Positions 9,947 through 20,586 of a stretch of 61,473 bases of DNA are shown piece by piece. Under the pieces are notes generated by a model. The model made no database searches, was not told the origin of the DNA, and was given only the letters and a program-made list of their open reading frames with translations. The translations under genes were made by a program, and so were the position numbers. Origin of the DNA: Clostridia bacterium. GTDB taxonomy: Bacteria; Bacillota; Clostridia; Christensenellales; UBA1242. Location of the stretch: the NCBI GenBank assembly GCA_017464845.1, contig JAFTYD010000011.1, positions 1-61,473 on the forward strand, given 5' to 3'. Each line of letters begins with the position of its first letter. Position 1 is the stretch's first letter.

Positions 9947-12900
9947 TTAAACTAATGTCCATGTATTATTTGATGAAACATATTTTCCACCATTTGTAAC
10001 TGTAATTTTTGACAACTCTGAACCATTTTTTACATAAGCAAGTTCCAAGGTTTCTCCTGTAATAAAATATTCTGTAATTTTATAATTCTTACTTATTGTT
10101 ACTCCAAAAAGTTTCTTCTCTTCAACATATCCCGCTTTCGCTTCATATGACAAACATTTTGGTGTTGTCACTTCAATAATCGCATTGTCATTTTCAGTTA
10201 TTATTTTTCCACTAAGTTCATTTACAACCAAGTGTCCATTAACAATAAATTTTGCAGGTGGAAGTTTTTTTCCATATCCATAATTTGTTACTTCAGGACC
10301 ACTTAATACACAATATGATATAACATCATTAAAGACTTCATACACAGTAAATTGATCCATTGTAAGTTTAGCTGATTTATCAACATATAACACTGCTCCT
10401 GGAAGCAATTTATATTTATTACTTATAACATATTCTCCATCATATAAAGACATATTAAATCTCCAAGAAATTGGAAAACTTGTAGTTGATGTATCAAGTT
10501 TAACTGATACTAATGCAACAGTAACAGTAAGTACAATTGGATTACCAATAGCTCCACCATAAATTTTTATGTAATTAACACCATCAGCCCATCTATCTGT
10601 ACCAGAAATTCTTGTACTTTCATCAATATCATATTTTGCAATCATATAAGCATTTTCTTTTAACTGAATTACAAAACTAGAATCTGATCCTACCATCTTA
10701 ATTTCTGTATGATGATTTTCTCCAAATGTTTTTTCATGTACATTTGAATGAGAAATAATTTTTCCACCATAATTCACCCTAATCTCTGGAATAACATTTC
10801 TAAATTCAAATTGATTAAATGGACTAATTTTATTTTTATCTTCTTTCATTCCCTTCATAAATGTACCACCACGCAAATCGTGTAACAAGAAAGGAAGATG
10901 AAGTTCTGCTCCATTTTCGATTATTACTTGACTACCATTATTTTTTATTTCTTCATCAATATAACCATAAACTCTTGTTTGACTTAGATTTTTAAGCATC
11001 AATTTTGAATTTGCTCCAAGAAGAAGTTTTGCATAATTTCTTCCTGTTTGTCCAGCAATTCCTGTTCTAGTTATCCCCATAGAATCAAGTATAGATTTTG
11101 TTGCACCAGTTCCACCACCACTAAGCTCACCACCAATTTTGATAGTGCCATAATTTTCAATAGTTACCCCACTCTTGACATAAATAAGATTTGTTAATTT
11201 TAAAGAATCAAAAGCATTTGCAAACGTATCTAACTCTTCAATTATATTACTATTTAATTTTGCCTTATCATCACTATTTATTGCAATATTACCATTCGGA
11301 TCAAGATAAGGTAAAATAAGTGAAACTCCAGAACTTATTTTTATATCACGTGCAATTGTTACATTTCCAGTTATGTTTGGTATTACATAAACCAAATTTC
11401 CTGAAACTGCATTTGATAATGCATTTTCTATACTTCCATAATAAGTTGTATCAATATAAGCAACTTTATATATATTTATTGTTGCTGTTGTTGTAACTGA
11501 CATATAATTTTTGCTTGCTGAATTATATGTTATTTCAAAAGCAACTTCTTCAAACTTTCTTGTAGAATCAACTATTGTAGTTGAAAGAATTGGATTTGAA
11601 AAAGTAAAATTATTTCCTGCTTCTTTTAATGAAATTTCATCAACCAATGGTGCTGTTAAATAACATTTTGAAACATCAACATTATTTTCAAAATATGCTT
11701 TAGTCATATCATAAGTTGGCGCTGTTATTGTTGGTGTAGCTTGTGAAATAATAAAATCTATTGTTTGCTCAAGTCCATTATAATTATCATTACCCTCAAC
11801 AACAAATTTTGCAACATAAGCACCTACATTTACAGGTAATTCAGTTGAATATTCACTTTCATTTGCAGTTTTTAATTTATATTTTATAATTGTTGAACCA
11901 TATTTTGAATTAGCAACTCCAGCTTTTCCACCATTTGGTGTATATACCCAATTATCAATTTTTGGCACTGTTTTCCAAACATTATCAACAGCTTTATTAA
12001 TTTTGTAACCAATTGTTTTTTGAAGACCAACAGTTCCATCAGCCCATTTATGATTTGCACTAGCAAGTTCTAAAACAACTTCATATAAACCTGTATCTAT
12101 ATGAGCTTCATTCATTACAATTGTATAATCATCACTTTCTGGAACAATTGCTGAAAGTTCTGTACCATCATAAGTCAAATCTTCAATAATTGGAGTTGCA
12201 ACTTGAATATATTTAATACTAAATTCAAGTATTCGTTCAAGACCATTATAATTTTCTGTTTCTTCAACATAGAATTTTACAAAATAGTCTCCAACATTTG
12301 TTGGATTAATCAACATTCTTCCAGTAGCTTTATCAGTAAAAATTACTGATAAATATTCTTTACCAAATTTTGGAGTTCCTTCTATAATTCTTACTCTATC
12401 CTGTCCATAAACAAAACTATTAATTGAAGGTTCTTCAAGCCATACATTTGATTCATTTTTTGTAATTTCAAAACTTAATGTTGTTTGAGCAGTTTCATCT
12501 ACTCCTGACCAACGATAATTATCAGAATCAATAAGTTCTAATATTACCTCATATGTACCAACATTTTCTCCACCTTCATTTTTAAAAATAATATATTCAT
12601 CTGTTTCTTCAACATCTGCAGTAAGAATTGTTCCTTCAATAAATTGTTTTGCACTAATAGTTGGTTTTTCTACCATTTTCTTTGCAATATTAAAATTTAC
12701 ATTTACAGTTCTACTACTATAATTAACAACATCATTTGGAGTAAATTTTGCAATATTAATACATTTTCCTGCATTTCCCACATTTGCAGAATTTCCTTTC
12801 TCCCAAACCCATACTCCTGTTTCTGAAGTTGGAAGTTTATATAAAGATAATGTCTCTCCATAAGTTGCATCAATATTTTCTGCAACAGCATCAATATTTT

Positions 12901-14980
12901 CTATTTTATTAATTTTAACAATAAAAGTTTTTGTTACCTTTAAATAGTGTTCACTTTCTGGCAATGTCAAAGTAACACTATAATTTCCTGCATTATTTAT
13001 TTTCTCTACTTCTTGACCTTCATAAAGATAAACATAGTTCAATTCACTTTCTTCATGTGAAGGTGATATACTATACAATTCATAACCATCTTTACTATAT
13101 GTAAATTCATAATTTTTAAGTACTGAAATATCTGCTTTTGCTTTTGTTAAAGTTACTGCAAGTTCTTTCTTTTCTGTTTTATAATTCAAAGTATCATCCG
13201 GAGTAAAAATCGCAAAAAACTTTTTAGTTCCAATATAATCAATATGTTTCATTGGATCTTCCCAAACATATCCTTCATCTAATTTTATATCATCAAGAAC
13301 TAAAACTTTATTCCATTCTGTTTCATAAACTTTACTAAAATCAGACTTACTCGCTTGATTAATTTTTAAAGTCGTATTTGTACTTGCAACATATCTTAAA
13401 TCATCAGATGATATACTTAAAATAATTTCATATTCTCCTGCATTTACTACTTTTACATTCCCAACAACTTCAACTTCTTCACCTTCCATAACATCGTTAA
13501 CTTGATACAAAACTGTATGTTCACTTTTATCATAAGTAAATTCATTGTTTAAAATTTCAATTGTTAAAACTTTTTTTGTAACATTAAGTTCCACTTCTTT
13601 TTCAGAAGGAAGATAATCTTGTGTTTCTATTGGAGTAAATACAGCAATCGCATTGAACTTTCCAGTTTTATTAACAACAATCTCTGGATTCTTCCAAGCC
13701 CATGTTCCTCTAACATCCATATTTGCAAAAACTAAAGTTTCTAATTTATTACTATATGCAATGTTATTTCCATACTCAAAAATTGGATCATAACCTTCAA
13801 GATCATGTTCTACTTTATTTACAGTAAGATAACCTTTATTTACTGTTACTTCAAAATTTTCATTCTCAATCTCAACATTTATTTCATAAATTCCAGCATG
13901 CTGATAAGTTGGTTTTATAACTTTAATTCCCATTAAATCTAACAAATCAGATTCTATATTTTCTTCATTTTTATCTAAAACTTCATATACGAAACTTGAA
14001 GGATACTCATCTGAAAATTTTATAGTTTTACTCTCTATTACAACTGTTGCTTTCACTTTTTCAATTGTAAACATTCCATAATATAAACCACAATAATTTT
14101 CATCTATGATTTCCATTTCATATTCATATTCGCCACTTGAAATTGCATCTGAAACATAGTATGGAATATATTCAACCTCAAGTCCTTCTACATCAAGTTC
14201 ATACTCAGGAACTTTTACTTTTCCATCATATGAAAATAAATTTACAACATTCTTAAATTCTAACTCCTTTTTTGCTACAATAACTTTTAAATCTTTTGTT
14301 TGTGATGGTAGCAATGTTTTATCATTTGGAACAAATTTTACTTGAAAATAATTTTCTCCTGCATTTCCAACTTGTGTTGAAAGGTCATCAACAAACACCC
14401 ATTTTCCATTTTCATTTTGTGGCAATTCTATATCTGCAAGAGTATCTAAATATGTTGCATTATAATACGGCATAAGTTCTTGCATACCTGTGCTTCCAAC
14501 TGTAAATTGTGCGTGTAATGTCATATTATCATCTATATCTTGTGGTATGCTTGGATTCCAAGTTACAAACTCAACACCATTCTTTTCCGGATTAAGTGGA
14601 AGAACAATATCATCTACATCAAGCACATACTGAGTATCATACACAACATCATCTACAATAAAATCAACTTTATATTTTACAACAAAATTTATAGTATATT
14701 TTTTATTATTATATTTTACAACTAGTTGTTTATCTCCTACACTGTCCGTTGAATCACAACTCACCACCATATCTTCTGTTATAGAAATTTTTGTTTCTTC
14801 AACACCTTTTAATTTTGTAATAAATATTTCATCGAAGGAAATTTCACTGTTATATGCTACTACATTATTTATAGAATCATAATCAATATAATACTCTATT
14901 TTTTCTTTACCGCAACCTGAAAAAATACCAGCAACTAGCATAAACAAACTCATACAAATAGTAACTATTATTTTCTTCAT
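9947..14980 (-). CDS. Large repeat-containing surface lipoprotein (Ig/MBG-like beta-sandwich repeats)
   Basis: Lipobox FSGC after a hydrophobic signal; repeated YDG/NAGxY and FTPxD-NY modules; beta-rich C-terminal domain. Confidence 0.75.
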   Translation of the reverse strand: MKKIIVTICMSLFMLVAGIFSGCGKEKIEYYIDYDSINNVVAYNSEISFDEIFITKLKGVEETKISITEDMVVSCDSTDSVGDKQLVVKYNNKKYTINFVVKYKVDFIVDDVVYDTQYVLDVDDIVLPLNPEKNGVEFVTWNPSIPQDIDDNMTLHAQFTVGSTGMQELMPYYNATYLDTLADIELPQNENGKWVFVDDLSTQVGNAGENYFQVKFVPNDKTLLPSQTKDLKVIVAKKELEFKNVVNLFSYDGKVKVPEYELDVEGLEVEYIPYYVSDAISSGEYEYEMEIIDENYCGLYYGMFTIEKVKATVVIESKTIKFSDEYPSSFVYEVLDKNEENIESDLLDLMGIKVIKPTYQHAGIYEINVEIENENFEVTVNKGYLTVNKVEHDLEGYDPIFEYGNNIAYSNKLETLVFANMDVRGTWAWKNPEIVVNKTGKFNAIAVFTPIETQDYLPSEKEVELNVTKKVLTIEILNNEFTYDKSEHTVLYQVNDVMEGEEVEVVGNVKVVNAGEYEIILSISSDDLRYVASTNTTLKINQASKSDFSKVYETEWNKVLVLDDIKLDEGYVWEDPMKHIDYIGTKKFFAIFTPDDTLNYKTEKKELAVTLTKAKADISVLKNYEFTYSKDGYELYSISPSHEESELNYVYLYEGQEVEKINNAGNYSVTLTLPESEHYLKVTKTFIVKINKIENIDAVAENIDATYGETLSLYKLPTSETGVWVWEKGNSANVGNAGKCINIAKFTPNDVVNYSSRTVNVNFNIAKKMVEKPTISAKQFIEGTILTADVEETDEYIIFKNEGGENVGTYEVILELIDSDNYRWSGVDETAQTTLSFEITKNESNVWLEEPSINSFVYGQDRVRIIEGTPKFGKEYLSVIFTDKATGRMLINPTNVGDYFVKFYVEETENYNGLERILEFSIKYIQVATPIIEDLTYDGTELSAIVPESDDYTIVMNEAHIDTGLYEVVLELASANHKWADGTVGLQKTIGYKINKAVDNVWKTVPKIDNWVYTPNGGKAGVANSKYGSTIIKYKLKTANESEYSTELPVNVGAYVAKFVVEGNDNYNGLEQTIDFIISQATPTITAPTYDMTKAYFENNVDVSKCYLTAPLVDEISLKEAGNNFTFSNPILSTTIVDSTRKFEEVAFEITYNSASKNYMSVTTTATINIYKVAYIDTTYYGSIENALSNAVSGNLVYVIPNITGNVTIARDIKISSGVSLILPYLDPNGNIAINSDDKAKLNSNIIEELDTFANAFDSLKLTNLIYVKSGVTIENYGTIKIGGELSGGGTGATKSILDSMGITRTGIAGQTGRNYAKLLLGANSKLMLKNLSQTRVYGYIDEEIKNNGSQVIIENGAELHLPFLLHDLRGGTFMKGMKEDKNKISPFNQFEFRNVIPEIRVNYGGKIISHSNVHEKTFGENHHTEIKMVGSDSSFVIQLKENAYMIAKYDIDESTRISGTDRWADGVNYIKIYGGAIGNPIVLTVTVALVSVKLDTSTTSFPISWRFNMSLYDGEYVISNKYKLLPGAVLYVDKSAKLTMDQFTVYEVFNDVISYCVLSGPEVTNYGYGKKLPPAKFIVNGHLVVNELSGKIITENDNAIIEVTTPKCLSYEAKAGYVEEKKLFGVTISKNYKITEYFITGETLELAYVKNGSELSKITVTNGGKYVSSNNTWTLV

Positions 14981-14992
14981 ATTTCCCTCCTT

Positions 14993-17959
14993 TTATTTAT
15001 TATCATATATTTTATATATTGGTGAATAAGCATCACTTGAATTTAAAATTTTTGTTTGATCTTCAGGCGAAAAACCTTGTGTTGTCGCATCATTCATAAG
15101 AAAGTAAAAACTCTCAGTTCCTGCAGCAACTTGAAGCTCAAGTTTATCTACATCTGATAAACTAATTTCATAACCATTAAGGATTTTAAAATCATAATCT
15201 TTGGCTTCATACACCCCATAGTTTTTTCCACCACCAAAGAAAGCTATTCCACCATGTACATATTGTTTACCACTTTTTTTATAAACAATAGTTTTATATT
15301 GAGGTTTTGAACTATTATTAGCAACTGTATCTATCATTTCTTTTAAATCAAATGATAATGAATCATAACTTGTATTTCCTAGAATTTCAATTAATGTTGA
15401 ACTATCAACTTTATCAACTTCTTTCCAGTCATACATTCTTACATCACCTTCAAAAGTTAATTTTGCACCATAACTAGTTTTCGCTAAATCATACCAAGAA
15501 TCTATCAAACCACTAGCAAGTCCTCTACCATCAGCAAGAGCTCCTCCTGAGAAGTGAGTATCAATTCCTATACAAAATAATCCAGAATCTTTTAAGATTG
15601 TATTTTTCAAATTTACAAATGTTTTTATATATTTTTCTTCATAACTTAATTTTTCTTGAGCTGACATTGAATTATATTCTTTTTGCATTGGAAACTTTCT
15701 CTCTGTTGTATCTAAATATGGAGATGGATTGTCTGAATTTCCATCAACAAAAGAATTTGTTCCCATTCTTATTATAAATTCCCTTGCACTACTTAAAACG
15801 CTATTTTTTATATTTACATTAATAACTTTGTTTTTATTTTCAATATCTCCAAAAGCACGAAGTACAGTTCTTCCATTATTAATTCGACAATATTCAATAT
15901 TTACATTATCCCCTAATACTTCAACTGTTGACCCAACATAAGTTAAATCCGTCAAGTCGTAATTACCATCTTTATCAGCTTGCAATTCACAAGAACTTAA
16001 AACAACATTGTTTAATGTAACATTTTCATAAACTGCAAAACTAATATTATCTTGTGCTTTAACACTTACAAAACTTGTACTTGACTCTGACATAGAAACA
16101 AAATTTAATGGCCCTCTAAATGATGCATCTTTTTTAAGTTTTCCTGTTGAATCAAGTCCATAAGCAACATTATGAGCATTTATTTGATAACCATTTCCAT
16201 AGACATCGTTTTTAAAGCTAATTAATATCTTAACTTTCGCATCACTTAATTTATCAATATTTTTATAATAAGTTGTATCATATGTACTATTTATTTTTTC
16301 AACAGTAGATTCTGAATAAATCTCTTTTCCTGACTTATCCTTTCCAAAATCATTTTTTATTGTCTTTTGCAAAACAATAACCTTATTATTTTTTGAAGCA
16401 TTATATAAATCATAGAAATTTCGTATATTAACTCCTTCTCCAACACAACGAACTGAAAATTCTGATGTTGAAGTTTCTATATTTTTATAACCAAATTTTC
16501 CTGTTATTTTAACTACGCCGTCAAAATTATCATCTAAAATTTTTATTGTTCCATCTTTCTCTACACTTACATTATCATTATCAGTTGTATATGAGAAATT
16601 TTCAATAAAGTTTAACCCAACCTTTGTTTTTCCAGTCAACAAATTAACCTTTGAAGTATTTAAACCTCCATTTGCTTCATACTTACCTATCGTCCATAAA
16701 TTTTCAATTCCATAAGTATTTGCTTGTTCTGCAATATCCATATCAGTTGGAAGTATTACTATTTCTTTTGTTAATGTAACAACTTGATCTGGTAACGCAT
16801 TATTTATTACCTTTAATGTTAAATTAGTTACCCCTGGAAGAAGTGCAGTAAGTCTTATTCTATTAGAAACTTCATCTATTCTTAGATTATCATTATCTAA
16901 AATAACATCATAACTATAATCAGCGTTTTCTGGATTTACTGTAATTTTATTATGTAATGCAAACGGTGAACCTGCAACACAGCTTATTACATCTTCACTA
17001 TCAAAGCTTGCTGTTATTTGTTCAATTCTATGAATTACACAAGTTTTTGTTAATGGTTCTCTTATTTCATTATCTGTTGTAATAGTTATTTCTACCAAAA
17101 CACTTCCGTAGAAACTTTCTTCAAAATTATAATTAAAAAGAACCTTTCCTTCTTCTTTATTTTGAATTTCAATACCTGTATCATCTGTTTTGATTACATT
17201 TGATATAGGATTTCCATATAAATCTTTTATATCATACTCTAATTCATAATTTTCATCTGTATCAACAGATATATTTATACTACCATTTGTTTTCCAAGTA
17301 TAAACTTCAGTTTGAGCTAAGTCCATTATATTTTCATTGTATACTTCAACTTCAATAGTATCCTTTACTTTAGGGTTTTCTTCTGATGATATTGTAATAA
17401 TAGCATCACCTTTACCAATCCCTTTAATTATCCCTTTTTCATTAACTTGAACAACATTCAAATCGCTTGATTCATAATTTAACATTTTATTTTTTACATT
17501 ACTAGGATTAAATGATGTTAAAATAACAGATGTTTCACCTACCATAAGTTGAGTCTTGGTTGCAACACATTCAATTTCTTGAACTTTTGTTGCTTCCACC
17601 TTAACAATAAAACTATCTTTAAACCCACCATCTATTGTTGACAAATAAACTTTCGCAACACCAACAGACTTTGGAATAATATAACCATCATCAAATTCAA
17701 GTTCTGCAAATTCTTGAGTGCCTACTTGTTCTGTTATGAAAGATACTTTTTTATTTTTCGCCGTCAAAGGATAAACTGTATATTTAACCAAATGTTTTTC
17801 ATCAATATCCATATCAAGATATACAATTTTGTTTCCTGTTATCTCAATACTAGAAACAGGAACATCAACATTTATACTAATTGAATTTGTTGTTGTGAAA
17901 ATACAAAACATTAATACCAAAGGTAAAAGTAATATTAGTAAAATTAATTTTTTATTCAT
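14993..17959 (-). CDS. Secreted or membrane-anchored Ig-like (Big_2) domain protein
   Basis: N-terminal hydrophobic segment; Big_2-type repeats (YTVYPLTAKNKKVSF; YESSDLNVVQVNEKGIIKGIGKGDAIITI). Confidence 0.75.
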   Translation of the reverse strand: MNKKLILLILLLPLVLMFCIFTTTNSISINVDVPVSSIEITGNKIVYLDMDIDEKHLVKYTVYPLTAKNKKVSFITEQVGTQEFAELEFDDGYIIPKSVGVAKVYLSTIDGGFKDSFIVKVEATKVQEIECVATKTQLMVGETSVILTSFNPSNVKNKMLNYESSDLNVVQVNEKGIIKGIGKGDAIITISSEENPKVKDTIEVEVYNENIMDLAQTEVYTWKTNGSINISVDTDENYELEYDIKDLYGNPISNVIKTDDTGIEIQNKEEGKVLFNYNFEESFYGSVLVEITITTDNEIREPLTKTCVIHRIEQITASFDSEDVISCVAGSPFALHNKITVNPENADYSYDVILDNDNLRIDEVSNRIRLTALLPGVTNLTLKVINNALPDQVVTLTKEIVILPTDMDIAEQANTYGIENLWTIGKYEANGGLNTSKVNLLTGKTKVGLNFIENFSYTTDNDNVSVEKDGTIKILDDNFDGVVKITGKFGYKNIETSTSEFSVRCVGEGVNIRNFYDLYNASKNNKVIVLQKTIKNDFGKDKSGKEIYSESTVEKINSTYDTTYYKNIDKLSDAKVKILISFKNDVYGNGYQINAHNVAYGLDSTGKLKKDASFRGPLNFVSMSESSTSFVSVKAQDNISFAVYENVTLNNVVLSSCELQADKDGNYDLTDLTYVGSTVEVLGDNVNIEYCRINNGRTVLRAFGDIENKNKVINVNIKNSVLSSAREFIIRMGTNSFVDGNSDNPSPYLDTTERKFPMQKEYNSMSAQEKLSYEEKYIKTFVNLKNTILKDSGLFCIGIDTHFSGGALADGRGLASGLIDSWYDLAKTSYGAKLTFEGDVRMYDWKEVDKVDSSTLIEILGNTSYDSLSFDLKEMIDTVANNSSKPQYKTIVYKKSGKQYVHGGIAFFGGGKNYGVYEAKDYDFKILNGYEISLSDVDKLELQVAAGTESFYFLMNDATTQGFSPEDQTKILNSSDAYSPIYKIYDNK

Positions 17960-17969
17960 CTTTTACCTC

Positions 17970-19625
17970 CTATTTATTAACTCTTTCAAGAGCTTGTTGT
18001 AAATTTTTCCTGTAATACACAATGGCTAATATCAAATATACAGCACTTATAAATATTGGAATTAAGTACACAAAACAAATTGGAAAAGACATTTCAAACA
18101 ATCCTTTTGATAACATTCCTAAAAGAATATCTCCTATACCAACAATAAGCGAAAGCACAATTCCAAGTGTAACTACTTTTGTAACTGTTCTATTTTCTTG
18201 CTTCTCAACTTCAACACTTGATGATATAATTTTTACATTTTTTAAATCAATTTTTGTAGCAATAAAAATTTGAGATAAAGAAAACATAATTCCTACAAAC
18301 ATACATAAAAGTCCACTAAGAATATTTAACGATGTAACTATAATAAGAATTAAACTTGACAAAACAACTGCACTAATACTCACCATTGAACAGAAAACAA
18401 TCTTTGCACCAAGAAGTTTTTCTACCTGTATTGGCATTGTTTTTTGTTTCAAAAGAGTTTTTCCTTCTCTTGAAATATTTGTTGAACAAAAAGTATTAGT
18501 TAAAACACTAAACACCAATATAACAAGTAATGCTAATTCAAAACTAAATCTAACACCTATCATATTTAAAATTAAAGATTCGAATAATGTATAACAACAA
18601 TAAACCATAACAGGCATTGCTGTTGCAATAACAAAATAAGAAAACATATGTTTTGGTTCTCTAAATACAGAAATAAACTCTTTCTTTATGAGAGTAGCAA
18701 ACACAGAATGTTCTTTTACTTTTGAAACTTTCTTATAAACAATTGCAGATTCATTTTTATATAATGTTATGTTATACAATTTTTTAGTAATATAATAAAC
18801 TACAACACAACTAAGTATCACACATAAAACTACAACAAGATATGATATTAATAAATTTTTACCCATTGTAATACCAGCAAAACAATTAGCTGGATAAGTG
18901 ATTAATAATAACAAATCCATAGCATAGATAAAATCATCATTAAATAAAAATCTAATAAGCCCTGTTTCAAGATAATTTTGTATTATACCCAAAATCATTG
19001 AATACAAAAAGAAAGTTGCAATAAATATAACAGTTAACAAAATAAACATAAAAATATATTTATTTTTCAAAAAATCAATAAGTTTTATATAAGGAACAAT
19101 AAATAAACTAGCAAATAATAACACTACAATTGGTAATAATAAAAACACAACAAATGTTTTTAACCAAAATACCCAACTTGGTTTTACAGCTAAATAAACA
19201 ATAATATTTGTTGGAATAATAAAAAGTAAAGCAATAAGATATGTAGAAATAAGTAAAACTATTAACTTTGCAATAAATAAAGTTTGTTGTTTTATTGGCA
19301 AACGCAAGAAAATTTTTCTATCTGTTTTATCAACAAAACTTTTTCTCATTTTTTCCAAACAAATAAAAATCATTGCAATTAAAATAAAAACATAATACAA
19401 ATTCAATAATTCATAAGCCCTAGTTGAACTATCAAGCACTTTATCTACTTTAACTAAAACATAATTTTTGGTTATGATTGACATTAAAAATACACAAAGT
19501 CCAATTATGACTAAAGTAAAAATTGACGAAAAAAGAAATCCAGCAAGATGTTTTTTATCCCTTTTGAAAAATGCTGGGAATTGCTTTTTTAATTCGTACT
19601 TAAATAATGTCAAAAATTCACTCAT
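17970..19625 (-). CDS. ABC-2 type exporter permease
   Basis: About 12 TM helices; FLRLPI, KKEFISVFREP, ISREG and MPI motifs; overlaps the ATPase stop. Confidence 0.82.
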   Translation of the reverse strand: MSEFLTLFKYELKKQFPAFFKRDKKHLAGFLFSSIFTLVIIGLCVFLMSIITKNYVLVKVDKVLDSSTRAYELLNLYYVFILIAMIFICLEKMRKSFVDKTDRKIFLRLPIKQQTLFIAKLIVLLISTYLIALLFIIPTNIIVYLAVKPSWVFWLKTFVVFLLLPIVVLLFASLFIVPYIKLIDFLKNKYIFMFILLTVIFIATFFLYSMILGIIQNYLETGLIRFLFNDDFIYAMDLLLLITYPANCFAGITMGKNLLISYLVVVLCVILSCVVVYYITKKLYNITLYKNESAIVYKKVSKVKEHSVFATLIKKEFISVFREPKHMFSYFVIATAMPVMVYCCYTLFESLILNMIGVRFSFELALLVILVFSVLTNTFCSTNISREGKTLLKQKTMPIQVEKLLGAKIVFCSMVSISAVVLSSLILIIVTSLNILSGLLCMFVGIMFSLSQIFIATKIDLKNVKIISSSVEVEKQENRTVTKVVTLGIVLSLIVGIGDILLGMLSKGLFEMSFPICFVYLIPIFISAVYLILAIVYYRKNLQQALERVNK

Positions 19626-20356
19626 ACTTTAGACGCCTTTTTTGTGATATTTAAAAAATATTTTTCCAAGCTTTTACCTTTCTTTCTAAATTTTTCCAAA
19701 TCAATTTCTTTTAATAAAATTCCATGATTAATTATATAAGCCCTATGACATAGACTTTCAACTATATCAAGATTGTGTGATGAAAATAAAACTAAGTTTC
19801 CTTTTTTGCTATGTTTTATAAAGAATTTTTTAAGTTGATTTGCAATATTAGGATCAAGCCCTGTCATTGGTTCATCTAGAATAAATACTTTTGGATTATG
19901 AATAAGCGCACCCATAATTGATATCTTTTGCTTCATACCATGAGAATATGATGAAATCTCTCTATATAAAGCATCTCCAAGTGCAAATATTTTTTCAAAT
20001 TTATCTATTTGTTTTTTTCTATCTTTTTCACTAACCTTATAAATATCTGCCATAAAATTTATATATTCAAGACCAGTCATCTTTTCAAATAAATCAAATT
20101 CATCACTTACATATCCAAAATGCTTTTTTGCTTCAATTGGTTGAGTTTTTAAATCAAAATTACATATTGAAATTTGACCTTCTTCATAAGGATGCATTCC
20201 GACAATACTTTTTATTGTGGTAGATTTTCCAGCTCCATTATGACCTAATAACCCAATTATCTCCCCACTATTACCATACAAAGAAATATCTTTTATAGCA
20301 TAATCAACTTTTGCATTATATTTCTTATATAAATTTTTCACTTGTAATAGTTCCAT
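19622..20356 (-). CDS. ABC transporter ATP-binding protein
   Basis: Walker A GHNGAGKST, signature YSHGMKQK, Walker B FILDEP and H-loop SSH. Confidence 0.95.
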   Translation of the reverse strand: MELLQVKNLYKKYNAKVDYAIKDISLYGNSGEIIGLLGHNGAGKSTTIKSIVGMHPYEEGQISICNFDLKTQPIEAKKHFGYVSDEFDLFEKMTGLEYINFMADIYKVSEKDRKKQIDKFEKIFALGDALYREISSYSHGMKQKISIMGALIHNPKVFILDEPMTGLDPNIANQLKKFFIKHSKKGNLVLFSSHNLDIVESLCHRAYIINHGILLKEIDLEKFRKKGKSLEKYFLNITKKASKV

Positions 20357-20457
20357 AATCCACCTCTTTAAAAAAAATCGTTACATAATTTTAATTTGCT
20401 TAAATTAAAAAAAAATATTTATTAATAAATAAATATAAACATAATTCCTTTATAAAA

Positions 20458-20486
20458 ATTATACTTACCATTTAAACACGTGTCAA
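20458..20486 (-). promoter_or_regulatory. Sigma-A promoter for the ABC/surface-protein operon
   Basis: Minus strand TTGACA-17 nt-TATAAT, perfect consensus. Confidence 0.8.
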
Positions 20487-20524
20487 CAAATTTTATATAC
20501 ATATTTTCTGTATGAAATTTTTAT

Positions 20525-20554
20525 TTGACATAAACCAACAAAATACATTAAACT
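20525..20554 (+). promoter_or_regulatory. Putative sigma-A promoter for the O-antigen ligase-like gene
   Basis: TTGACA-18 nt-TAAACT upstream of the ATG at 20587. Confidence 0.55.
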
Positions 20555-20586
20555 TAACATGAAAACCTCTTATTTTTGGAGAATTT

